Shown in pieces: positions 9,945 through 18,473 of a stretch of DNA of 64,000 nt. This stretch comes from Bacilli bacterium. Its GTDB lineage: Bacteria > Bacillota_I > Bacilli_A > RFN20 > CAG-826. Numbering within the stretch: position 1 is the stretch's first letter; each line of letters starts with the position of its first letter. The position numbers and the translations under genes are program-made. Below the pieces are notes generated by a model. That model searched no databases. It was given only the letters and a program-made list of their open reading frames with translations, and was not told the DNA's origin. The stretch spans positions 1,295,131-1,359,130 of the forward strand of contig JAKVOO010000001.1 in assembly GCA_022482735.1 (NCBI GenBank), in the 5' to 3' direction.

Positions 9945-10730
9945 TACTTATTATCCTCTTTCTTAATAAATTTATGTCCCTTGGCAATAGCTTCTTTTTC
10001 CCAATCGCCAACCTTATTATCATCAATTTCTTGGAGTAATTTGCGTTCACTCTTGTTGAGAGAATACGCTTCGAATAAATCCGGACGTAATGAACGAGTT
10101 CGCCGAAGAGCCTCTTTTTTTCCGCCACTTAGCAATAGCAGTGTGATTGCCTGAATAAAGAATATCGGGGATTTGGTAACCGTTATAATCAAAAGGTTCC
10201 GTAAATTGGGGATATTCAAGTAATCCGTTTTCAAAGGTTTCTTCTGTGGTTGAATCTTCGCTTATTGCCCCCTCCAGTAAACGGATAACCGCATCGCTGA
10301 TAGCTACGGCTCCAATTTCCCCACCGGTCAGAATGTAATCACCAATGGAAATGGTGCCGTCAATATAATAGTTAATTCGGTCATCGATACCTTCATAATG
10401 TCCGCAGATAAGTATCAGGTGTGAAACTTTAGTTAACTCGTGAGCAAATTCTTGATTAAAGGTTTGACCAGTCGGTGCCAAAAGATACACTTTGCAATCC
10501 AAGGTTTTAACCGCGTCAAGAGCATCAATCAAAGGTTGCATCTTCATTATCAAACCTGCTCCACCACCGACCGGAGCGCTGTCAACGCGCCCATATCGAT
10601 CCTTTGTAAAGTCACGGATATTAATAATACTAATATCGATAATACCTTTTGCTTTCGCTCGTTTTATGATGGAGTTATCAAAAAAAGGCGATATCATTTC
10701 AGGGAACAAAGTTAAAATAGTAATTTTCAT
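9944..10730 (-). CDS. trmD: tRNA (guanine-N1)-methyltransferase TrmD (split by +1 in a 7-base run at 10115-10121)
   Basis: LTLFPE, GGGAG, CGHYEGID, SIGDYILTGGE, LLEYPQFT; C-terminus KKEALRRT..LRPDL in adjacent frame. Confidence 0.93.
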
Positions 10731-11236
10731 AATAGTCCTTCAAGGACATGAATGGTAATTTGCCCATTAGCTAAATCAACTTTTTTTATAAAAGCTTCGA
10801 CAAAGGGAACAAAAAAATCTTTATTACCCTCACGACTTACACGGAGAGTCTTGTATGCTGAATACTCTTCGATTTTCTTTACTTTACCAAGAAAATTTCC
10901 GTCTTCGTCTATAACGGATAAATCAAGTAAGTCGCCAAAGAAAAATCCTCCATCGGGTAGAATGTCTTTTTGTTTTAAAGCGTGCAATTCAAGACCGACT
11001 AATTTTTCGGCTTCCTCAATAGAATTAATCTCTTTAAACGTAATAATTTCCAGGGCGCCATCAAGTAGACGTTTCTCAATGGTGAGAGGTTGATGAGTAT
11101 CACTCTCAGGATGATATAAATATAATTTGTTTCCAATTTGAAAACGAAAATCGCGAAAATCGGAAGTAGGATAAATGCGTACTTCCCCTTTTAAACCGCG
11201 AGTTTTAATAATTGAACCGACTTTAACATATTCCAT
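10727..11236 (-). CDS. rimM: 16S rRNA processing protein RimM
   Basis: VGSIIKTRGLKGEV, PFVEAFIKKVD; position in rpsP-KH-rimM-trmD operon. Confidence 0.92.
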   Translation of the reverse strand: MEYVKVGSIIKTRGLKGEVRIYPTSDFRDFRFQIGNKLYLYHPESDTHQPLTIEKRLLDGALEIITFKEINSIEEAEKLVGLELHALKQKDILPDGGFFFGDLLDLSVIDEDGNFLGKVKKIEEYSAYKTLRVSREGNKDFFVPFVEAFIKKVDLANGQITIHVLEGLL

Positions 11237-11277
11237 AAAACTAACCTCGTGACAATTATAGCAAAAAAAAGGAGGAG

Positions 11278-11541
11278 TTAATCCTCATCCTTTTTTTCAA
11301 ACGATTCAAACTTTAAATAAATTCTTTTACCATCGGTTTTACCCGCGATAGAAATCACTTCTCTCAAGGAATCAGCAATCATGCCTTTGCGTCCAATAAG
11401 ACGAGCGGTATCTTCCGGTTCGGCGCAGATAATGATGGAAATTGTTTTTCCATCATCACCGGCAATTTCGCGTAGAAGAAGCGCATCTTTGTGTTCAACG
11501 ATTGGGTCGATAATCGTGTGTACAATTTGTTGATACTCCAC
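11278..11541 (-). CDS. khpA: KH-domain RNA-binding protein (YlqC/KhpA)
   Basis: DTARLIGRKG GxxG loop; GTG start; follows rpsP. Confidence 0.85.
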   Translation of the reverse strand: MEYQQIVHTIIDPIVEHKDALLLREIAGDDGKTISIIICAEPEDTARLIGRKGMIADSLREVISIAGKTDGKRIYLKFESFEKKDED

Positions 11542-11543
11542 GC

Positions 11544-11819
11544 TTATTTACCTTCTTTTTTTAAAGTGTTGAATTTAGCGACGATTCCGGCTTTGGTTAA
11601 AATTGCTTTGACGGTTCCGCTTGGTTGTGCACCAGCTTGAAGCCATTTGATTGCCGCTGCTTCATCAATAACGGCGCCATTTAAAGCCTTGTTTGGATCG
11701 TAATGACCGATTTGTTCAATGAAACGACCATCGCGGCTCATTCTGCTATCAGCAGCAACGATCCGATAAAATGGATCATCATGACGTCCAACACGGGTTA
11801 ATCTTAATTTAACTGACAT
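11544..11819 (-). CDS. rpsP: 30S ribosomal protein S16
   Basis: MSVKLRLTRVG..PFYRIVAADSR..RDGRFIE..GAQPS. Confidence 0.97.
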   Translation of the reverse strand: MSVKLRLTRVGRHDDPFYRIVAADSRMSRDGRFIEQIGHYDPNKALNGAVIDEAAAIKWLQAGAQPSGTVKAILTKAGIVAKFNTLKKEGK

Positions 11820-11844
11820 GTGCTTATCCTCCTATAACGTAAAA

Positions 11845-11888
11845 ATAATATCATATTCCAAATAGGTGTCAAGCAAAATTGCTTTACA
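11845..11888 (-). promoter_or_regulatory. rpsP promoter with inverted repeat over the -35 box
   Basis: TTGACA-N16-TATTAT with TG; TGTAAAGCAA-tt-TTGCTTGACA inverted repeat (9/10). Confidence 0.6.
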
Positions 11889-12224
11889 CTACTTAAAATT
11901 TTTGTTTATCGTTTCCTTTACAATATTATCCTGATTGTCTAAATCAATTTGCACATTGGGCGTAATGTGTAAGTTACGTAAATCGCGGAACTCTAAAGGA
12001 AAAGGAACATTTTTGCAACGAGGGCAAATGGCAACTGTTTTTTCTTGACCATCGCTTTTTTTAACTCGTTTGGTGGTAATACCATATTGGATGGCAATAT
12101 TTCTTTGCCTTTCATTCATATCACCTAACTGAATCGTTTTACCTTCTTCATTTAGAAGGATAGCATTGCGAACAATTTCCGGACAAAATCGGCACTTTTC
12201 TTCATATATATAGATGGTTGGCAT
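11889..12224 (-). CDS. Hypothetical protein with two CxxC pairs (possible Zn ribbon)
   Basis: CRFC and CPRC; AGAGG RBS and TATAAT upstream. Confidence 0.7.
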   Translation of the reverse strand: MPTIYIYEEKCRFCPEIVRNAILLNEEGKTIQLGDMNERQRNIAIQYGITTKRVKKSDGQEKTVAICPRCKNVPFPLEFRDLRNLHITPNVQIDLDNQDNIVKETINKNFK

Positions 12225-12311
12225 ATTTTTTCCTCTATTTTGATTATATGCCGTAGATAAATATTAACAACCGAAAGGCAAGAAAGTTTATAATAAAAAC
12301 GAGGTTTTAAT

Positions 12312-13244
12312 ATGATTTACACTTTAACAATTAATCCGAGTATCGACTATTATCTTTGGACCGATGAATTGGTAACTAATGAAACATTACGCGCTCAAAA
12401 AGCTGTTTTTGCTCCTGGCGGAAAAGGAATAAGTTCAGCCACGATTCTTGGAAGATTAGGAATGCCGGTTACGCCAATTGTAATGGCGGGTGGAGATACA
12501 GGTATGCTTTTGCAGTCTCTTTTAATCTCTGAACCAATTTCTGCGGAGTATATTGATGCGGAAGTGCCAACAAGAATTAATGTCAAAATTTCCGACCAAA
12601 ATGGCCATTATGAACTAAATGCCCCTGGACTTCCCTTGGGCGATGAGGCAATGAAAAAGCTTGCCTCTCGCCTTTCACAACTTCAAAAAGGAGATTGGTT
12701 AATTCTATCAGGGTCACTGCCGGAGCATCTCGCTGATGATTTTTATGCCAAAATTGTCCGTGAACTCAGTATCAAAGGGATCAAAGTAGGAGTGGATACA
12801 TCGGGTCCAGCTTTAAAAGTGGCGATAAAAGAACACCCTGCTTTTATCAAACCAAATGAAGAGGAAGCAGCTGCGCTTTTTAATATTCCCTTTGACCCTC
12901 AAAACGGATTATCCGAACAGCAAATTGAAAATATATTTTGCCAATTAACCGAAAGTGGTGTTGAAAGAGTAATAATTACTTTGGGGGCTAAAGGCTCAAT
13001 CTATGGTGATAACCAGGGCAATCGCTTTCGCTTTGCATCGCCCCAAGTTAAAGTTGTGGCTACGGTCGGATGTGGAGATTCTTTTGTCGGCGGATTTGTT
13101 TATGGGTTGGTTAAATATGATAGTCCCCTTGAAGCGATGGCCTATGGAACTGCCGCTGGTGCAGCGACTGCTGCCACTCAATTTTTGGGAGATAAAACGG
13201 CAATTGAAGAAATTAGAAAAAAGGTTATTTTACCAAAAAAATAG
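12312..13244 (+). CDS. 1-phosphofructokinase / hexose-phosphate kinase (PfkB family)
   Basis: TLTINPSID, GGKGI, TRINVK, SGSLP, IKPNEEE, TVGCGDSFVGG. Confidence 0.9.
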   Translation: MIYTLTINPSIDYYLWTDELVTNETLRAQKAVFAPGGKGISSATILGRLGMPVTPIVMAGGDTGMLLQSLLISEPISAEYIDAEVPTRINVKISDQNGHYELNAPGLPLGDEAMKKLASRLSQLQKGDWLILSGSLPEHLADDFYAKIVRELSIKGIKVGVDTSGPALKVAIKEHPAFIKPNEEEAAALFNIPFDPQNGLSEQQIENIFCQLTESGVERVIITLGAKGSIYGDNQGNRFRFASPQVKVVATVGCGDSFVGGFVYGLVKYDSPLEAMAYGTAAGAATAATQFLGDKTAIEEIRKKVILPKK

Positions 13245-13273
13245 TTGCCTTAACCCGGTTAAGCAAGTATTAT
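13245..13273 (+). promoter_or_regulatory. sigma-A promoter with palindrome in spacer
   Basis: TTGCCT-N17-TATTAT; CTTAACC-c-GGTTAAG inverted repeat. Confidence 0.55.
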
Positions 13274-13300
13274 AGAGCGTTAACATGAAAGAGGTTTACT

Positions 13301-14743
13301 ATGGAAAAAAATGTTGAAACCAAGTCGGTAAATAAGTATGGAATTTTTGATAAAATATTCCACCTGACGGAAAGAGGAGCGCGACCCGGAATTGAGATTC
13401 TTGGAGGATTCATCACTTTTGTGGCAATGATTTATATTCTTCCTTTGATTTCAGCCATCTTTGGAGGCGAGCCAGGAATGAGCACGGATGGCGTTTTTGC
13501 CGCTACGGCGATCGTCAGTGCTTTAATTACGATATTTATGGGGCTATACGCTAATGTCCCCGTCATTTTGAGCGCGGGATTAGGCGTTAGTGCTTATGTT
13601 TCAACTACGGTATATACAGCCTATCATGATTGGGTAAGTGCCTTTATTATTATGTTCTTATCGGGAGTAATATTTTTGCTTATAACAATTACACCAGTAA
13701 GACAAAAGATAATTGATGCCATTCCTAATGATGTAAAATACATCATTTCAGCTGGCTTAGGGGGATTCATTGCGTTTATTGGATTTAATAAAGCGGGTTT
13801 AATTGTCGCTTCCAATTCGTCAACGATTGTGGCTTTGGGTGATTTGGCTAATCCGGCAGTTTTGCTTCCTTTGATGGGAGTGCTGATTGTCTTTGCTTTT
13901 ATGGCGATGCCGAACAAACGCTTAAATCAACTGGCGATTCCGGCCGCAATGGGAATCATTGCTATTATTGGCTTGATAGTAAATTATGCAGCATTTGGAA
14001 ATGACCTTACTACGAGCGGACTCCCGTATTTTGATTTTTCGGCTAGCAGTTGGGGTTTAGCAGGAATCAAAGACGTTTTCTTCAAGATATTCACAGGTAC
14101 GGAAACAACTAGCGCGGGCGATGCCTGGAAAAATGTTTTAAGTAATCCATCTAGTTATGCGTTTATTTTCTCGGTTGTGTTTGTCAGTCTTTTTGACACC
14201 ACAGCCACCCTGATGTCAGTGGGCAGAAGCGCAGGGGTATTAGATGAAAAAGGCGATTTAGTTGGTGGCAATAGAGCTATTTTAGCCGATGCCATCGGCG
14301 CGGCCATTTGTGCTCCAATAGGAACATCAACCATTACGGCCTTTGCTGAAAGTAATGTGGCTTGTTCAACGGGGGCAAAAACTGGTTTAAGCGCGGTCAC
14401 AGCTGGACTTCTTTTTCTCGTATCAGCATTTATTTTCCCCGTCTTTTCGGTGTTTAATAGTTTCTCCGTAACAAGCATTGCTCTCATCAGTGTTGGCGCA
14501 ATGATGTTTACCAATAATTTAAAAGCGATTAATTGGGATGATATTGCCATTGGCGTGACTGCTTTTGTTTCATTTATGCTCATGGTTTTGACCTATTCAA
14601 TATCGGATGGATTAGGATTTGGCATCATCACCTTCGTAATTATGCGTATTGCGCAAAGAAAAGCCAAAGACGTTAAACCAATGCTCTATGTGGTTGCCTT
14701 GTTGTTTTTAGTATATTACATAGTAAAAGTTATTATTGGCTAG
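13301..14743 (+). CDS. NCS2/AzgA-family purine permease (PbuG/PbuO-like)
   Basis: EILGGFITFVAMIYIL, LFDTTATL, GTSTITAFAES..G..TGL, LTYSISDG. Confidence 0.88.
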   Translation: MEKNVETKSVNKYGIFDKIFHLTERGARPGIEILGGFITFVAMIYILPLISAIFGGEPGMSTDGVFAATAIVSALITIFMGLYANVPVILSAGLGVSAYVSTTVYTAYHDWVSAFIIMFLSGVIFLLITITPVRQKIIDAIPNDVKYIISAGLGGFIAFIGFNKAGLIVASNSSTIVALGDLANPAVLLPLMGVLIVFAFMAMPNKRLNQLAIPAAMGIIAIIGLIVNYAAFGNDLTTSGLPYFDFSASSWGLAGIKDVFFKIFTGTETTSAGDAWKNVLSNPSSYAFIFSVVFVSLFDTTATLMSVGRSAGVLDEKGDLVGGNRAILADAIGAAICAPIGTSTITAFAESNVACSTGAKTGLSAVTAGLLFLVSAFIFPVFSVFNSFSVTSIALISVGAMMFTNNLKAINWDDIAIGVTAFVSFMLMVLTYSISDGLGFGIITFVIMRIAQRKAKDVKPMLYVVALLFLVYYIVKVIIG

Positions 14744-14752
14744 ATATTACCC

Positions 14753-14781
14753 TTGCTTTTAGAACCCTATTTTGCTAGAAT
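14753..14781 (+). promoter_or_regulatory. rplS promoter
   Basis: TTGCTT-N17-TAGAAT with extended TG. Confidence 0.65.
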
Positions 14782-14805
14782 TACAACGCGTTTAATTGAG
14801 CGCTA

Positions 14806-14846
14806 GTGATGGTCCGCTGAAGTGTCACTCTTTTATGAACATCATG
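14806..14846 (+). promoter_or_regulatory. Ribosomal protein L19 leader RNA
   Basis: gatg-gtCCGCTg...atgaacatc hairpin resembling the Firmicutes L19 leader, in the rplS 5' UTR. Confidence 0.75.
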
Positions 14847-14879
14847 AAGAAAAACAAATGATATATAGGAGGCAAAAAA

Positions 14880-15227
14880 ATGAACACTAATTTAGTTAAT
14901 GAAATCAGTGCCAGCCAACTTCGTAATGATCTTCCCGCTTTTTCTTCGGGTGATACCATCCGCGTTTATGTGCGGATTATCGAAAATGGCAAAGAACGTC
15001 AACAGGCTTTTGAAGGCGTTGTTATGCAACGTCGTGGCGGTGGCGTCCATGAAACCTTTACCGTTCGCAAGATGTCTAATGGCATCGGCGTAGAAAGAAC
15101 CTTTTCCCTTCATTCTCCAACAATTGGTAAAATTGAAGTGGTGAGAGCTGGTAAAGTTCGTCGTAATAAGATTTCTTACTTACGCAATCTTCGTGGCAAA
15201 GCTGCTCGGATTAAAGAAAAAAAGTAA
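14880..15227 (+). CDS. rplS: 50S ribosomal protein L19
   Basis: [38 protein letters not shown]. Confidence 0.97.
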   Translation: MNTNLVNEISASQLRNDLPAFSSGDTIRVYVRIIENGKERQQAFEGVVMQRRGGGVHETFTVRKMSNGIGVERTFSLHSPTIGKIEVVRAGKVRRNKISYLRNLRGKAARIKEKK

Positions 15228-15251
15228 ATTCTTGCTTTATTTAAAAGTGAC

Positions 15252-15279
15252 AGGCTCCGGTTTTATTCCGGGGCCTTTT
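15252..15279 (+). terminator. Terminator after rplS
   Basis: aggctccgg..ccggggcct + tttt. Confidence 0.75.
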
Positions 15280-15326
15280 ATTAACTTTTAAAATTTCATC
15301 GTTTAACATATAATTGTAAAGTAATT

Positions 15327-16070
15327 ATGAAAGAAACTCTGGTAAATTCTTCAGAAATTGAAGTGAAAATAAAGTCACCTAAACGCCCTACTTATCGTCG
15401 GGTTATTTCGGCGATATTTTATGTTTTACTATCTATAGTCATTATTTTTTCTTCGCTTTCAATTTTTGTTAATAACTATTATACGGCGGTTTGGGTAGAT
15501 GGAACTTCAATGATGCCAAATCTTGAAAATTTCGAATTGGGATTGATGGACTCTCATACGGATAAGATTGCTAAAATCAGTCGCTTTGATATTGTTATCG
15601 CCTATGTTGATATTAATCAAAATGGGATTGACGACGACTATCCAGTAATCAAGAGGGTAATTGGACTACCAGGTGAAACTGTACAAATATTTGATGGAGG
15701 TAACGATAGTGAAAACAATGAACTTCCAGATTATATTGAAGTAAGTAATGGTGATAATACTTACCAACTTGATGAAAACTTTAATAATCCTTATGCGTCA
15801 TCAACTTATCGTTCGGGAGCAAATTACGCTATTTCATCTCCATTGATTTTAAATGATGATGAGTTTTTCCTATTAGGAGATAATCGCGGAGTAAGTATTG
15901 ACTCTAGAAGTTTCGGAGCGGTTCAGCAAAGTGAAATAATCGGGGTGCTGATTTGGGTATATGGCCGCGCAAAGCAAATAAGCACAGTGCAAGGTTCTAA
16001 TAACGAAGTGGTAACCAATTACGATGGTCGGCAAATGTATTGGCCGTGGGAGATACGCTATTATGGTTAA
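15327..16070 (+). CDS. lepB: Signal peptidase I
   Basis: N-terminal TM, VDGTSMMP (Ser), IKRVIGLPGE (Lys), GDNR..SIDSR. Confidence 0.92.
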   Translation: MKETLVNSSEIEVKIKSPKRPTYRRVISAIFYVLLSIVIIFSSLSIFVNNYYTAVWVDGTSMMPNLENFELGLMDSHTDKIAKISRFDIVIAYVDINQNGIDDDYPVIKRVIGLPGETVQIFDGGNDSENNELPDYIEVSNGDNTYQLDENFNNPYASSTYRSGANYAISSPLILNDDEFFLLGDNRGVSIDSRSFGAVQQSEIIGVLIWVYGRAKQISTVQGSNNEVVTNYDGRQMYWPWEIRYYG

Positions 16071-16935
16071 TAATCGAGCAAAAAATTTGCATTGGTTTCC
16101 AGGTCATATGGCTAAAGCCCTGCGGGAAGTTGAAGCCAAATGTCAAAGCGTGGATATTATTGTTGAGATATGCGATGCCCGCATACCGTATAGTTCACGG
16201 AATCCATTTTTAAGTCAAGTCGCCCAAAATAAAAAACGACTATTAATTCTTAATAAAGCAGATATGGCGGATGCATCCGTAACCAAAGCGTGGCTGAAAT
16301 ATTTAAATACATCCGAGCAAATGGCAATCGCCACCTCTCTATCTTCCGCTCGTGATTTAAAAGTAATACGTCATTCAATAGATCTTCTTTCCCTAGACAA
16401 AAGGGAGCGAGATCAAAAACGAGGTATGAAGAATCGCCCAGTAAGAGCGTTAGTAATTGGAATACCCAATTCGGGTAAATCGACTCTCATCAACCGATTA
16501 GCGGGACGTAAAAAGGTATTGGTGGCCAATCGGCCAGGAGCGACCAGATCTCAGCAGTATATTAAAGTTGATCAATATATTGAACTTATCGACACTCCAG
16601 GGATTTTGCCACCTAATTACGATGATTCGCAAGTGGCGCTTAATTTAGCGTTATTAAAAGCAATTCCAATGGATATTTTGCCCTTGAATGATCTATGCGA
16701 ATATGCCATTAAAATTCTTGTGACCCAGTATCCTGATTACTTGACAAGTCGTTACGGAGAAACACTAAATGGACTTACCAGTTACAATGATGTTTTATTG
16801 GCAATAAGTAAAATCCGTGGATATTTACCGCTGGGAGCGGATAATTTTGAACGGGCGGAAAAATTGCTTGTCGTAGAATTTCAAAACGGGATTTTAGGGA
16901 CCGTTTCTCTTGAGAGGCCAAGCAATGATAAATGA
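16063..16935 (+). CDS. rbgA: Ribosome biogenesis GTPase RbgA/YlqF
   Basis: WFPGHMAKA, DARIP.SS.NP, NKAD, GIPNSGKSTLIN, DTPG. Confidence 0.94.
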   Translation: MVNNRAKNLHWFPGHMAKALREVEAKCQSVDIIVEICDARIPYSSRNPFLSQVAQNKKRLLILNKADMADASVTKAWLKYLNTSEQMAIATSLSSARDLKVIRHSIDLLSLDKRERDQKRGMKNRPVRALVIGIPNSGKSTLINRLAGRKKVLVANRPGATRSQQYIKVDQYIELIDTPGILPPNYDDSQVALNLALLKAIPMDILPLNDLCEYAIKILVTQYPDYLTSRYGETLNGLTSYNDVLLAISKIRGYLPLGADNFERAEKLLVVEFQNGILGTVSLERPSNDK

Positions 16936-17557
16936 TTTAGCGCGTGAGTATTACCAAGCTGGATACAAGTTTATTGCCGGTACGGATGAAGCGGGTCGGG
17001 GACCTCTAGCCGGACCAGTGGTGGCCGCGGCGGTAATCTTACCAAGGAATTATGAAAATTTAGAGATTGATGATTCAAAAAAAATTAGTGATAAAAAAAG
17101 AAGGCGTCTTTTTCATGAAATTATCGAAAATGCTTTGAGTTATGGCATTGCGATTATTGACGCGCCAGAAATTGATCGAATAAATATCTATAAAGCCTCA
17201 CAAAAAGCCATGGAAATGGCATTATCTCAACTCAATCATCGCTATGACCTCGTGCTGAGCGACGCCATGCCTCTCCCCCATCAAATTGTGCGCGTTGAGC
17301 CGCTTATCCATGGCGATGCGAGGGTAAGCGCCATTGCGGCGGCAAGTATTCTTGCCAAAGTAACTCGGGATGATTTAATGATTGAATTAGCCAGTAAATA
17401 TCCGGGATATGGTTTTGAACGTAATAAAGGATATGGAACCAAAGAACATCTTGAGGGATTAAGAAGACGGGGACCCATAATCGGCATCCATCGTTTTTCC
17501 TATGGTCCGGTAGCTGATGTTAAACACGAACAATTATCACTTTTTCCGACTGAATAA
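16925..17557 (+). CDS. rnhB: Ribonuclease HII
   Basis: GTDEAGRGPLAGPV, DDSKK, IAAASILAKVTRD, KGYGT. Confidence 0.95.
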   Translation: MINDLAREYYQAGYKFIAGTDEAGRGPLAGPVVAAAVILPRNYENLEIDDSKKISDKKRRRLFHEIIENALSYGIAIIDAPEIDRINIYKASQKAMEMALSQLNHRYDLVLSDAMPLPHQIVRVEPLIHGDARVSAIAAASILAKVTRDDLMIELASKYPGYGFERNKGYGTKEHLEGLRRRGPIIGIHRFSYGPVADVKHEQLSLFPTE

Positions 17558-17593
17558 AACTCTGTCGCCTATCTCCTTTAATGAGGATGTTTT

Positions 17594-18370
17594 ATGGATG
17601 CAAGGAAACTGTTGGCTTTTTTAGCGATTAAATATGATGGCGAATACAATCGGATGGTACAGGCAATAAAAGATAAAGAACATATCAATGAGGAAGAATT
17701 AAATCGGCTTTTAGCGACCAATACAGCTTCATATATAACGATAATAGATAAGGACTATCCAGAGTTTTTCCGAAATATTAATCGTCCGCCATTAGTTCTT
17801 TTCTACTATGGAGATTGGAAGATAACAGTTAATTTTAATCAGTGTGTAGCGATTGTTGGCTCCCGACATCCAGACGAATATGGATTAAATATCACAAAGA
17901 CGATTACTACCGAATTAGTAAATAACGGCATTACAGTTGTCAGCGGACTGGCGCAAGGAATTGATCGCCAAGCACACGAAGCCGCAATAAAAAACAATGG
18001 AAAAACGATAGCCGTTCTTGGTTCGGGAATAGATAACCCCTATCCGAAAAGCAATCTAGATATTTACGAAATTATGAAGAAAGATCATTTAATTATTTCC
18101 GAATACCCGGGCAAGATTAATCCTGATGCCACGCATTTTCCTATGCGTAACCGGCTAGTTGCCGCTTTGGCCCGGGCGACACTGGTGACACAAGCCCACG
18201 AGCGAAGTGGCACACTTATTACGGTTAGTTATGCTTTAACAATGGGAAGAGATATTTATTGTGTGCCTTATTTGGCGGGTCACTCATCAAGTTGCAACCG
18301 TCTAATTAAGGAGGGAGCATATTTAGTTGAAAGTGCAAAAGATGTTTTAGATTTGCTAAGATTGGCATAA
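17594..18370 (+). CDS. dprA: DNA-processing protein DprA (compact)
   Basis: AIVGSR, VSGLAQGID..AH, SEYP, FPMRNR, SGTLIT. Confidence 0.92.
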   Translation: MDARKLLAFLAIKYDGEYNRMVQAIKDKEHINEEELNRLLATNTASYITIIDKDYPEFFRNINRPPLVLFYYGDWKITVNFNQCVAIVGSRHPDEYGLNITKTITTELVNNGITVVSGLAQGIDRQAHEAAIKNNGKTIAVLGSGIDNPYPKSNLDIYEIMKKDHLIISEYPGKINPDATHFPMRNRLVAALARATLVTQAHERSGTLITVSYALTMGRDIYCVPYLAGHSSSCNRLIKEGAYLVESAKDVLDLLRLA

Positions 18371-18424
18371 AAAAATATTTTTTTTATTTATATAAATAAA
18401 GGATAAATGGTGGTGTCTTTTTGA

Positions 18425-18453
18425 TTGACAGAATTCTTTTTGGGTCCTATATT
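18425..18453 (+). promoter_or_regulatory. topA promoter
   Basis: TTGACA-N17-TATATT. Confidence 0.7.
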
Positions 18454-18473
18454 TTTTGCTGATAGGAGAAACT

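Noticed and set aside
10115-10121. Programmed frameshifting in trmD, ftsY or glycan genes
   Set aside because: Scattered +1 insertions with no shared slippery site or stimulator are better explained as assembly errors.
13245-13300. Purine riboswitch before the NCS2 permease
   Set aside because: The leader is only about 20 nt after the predicted -10 and lacks the aptamer core.
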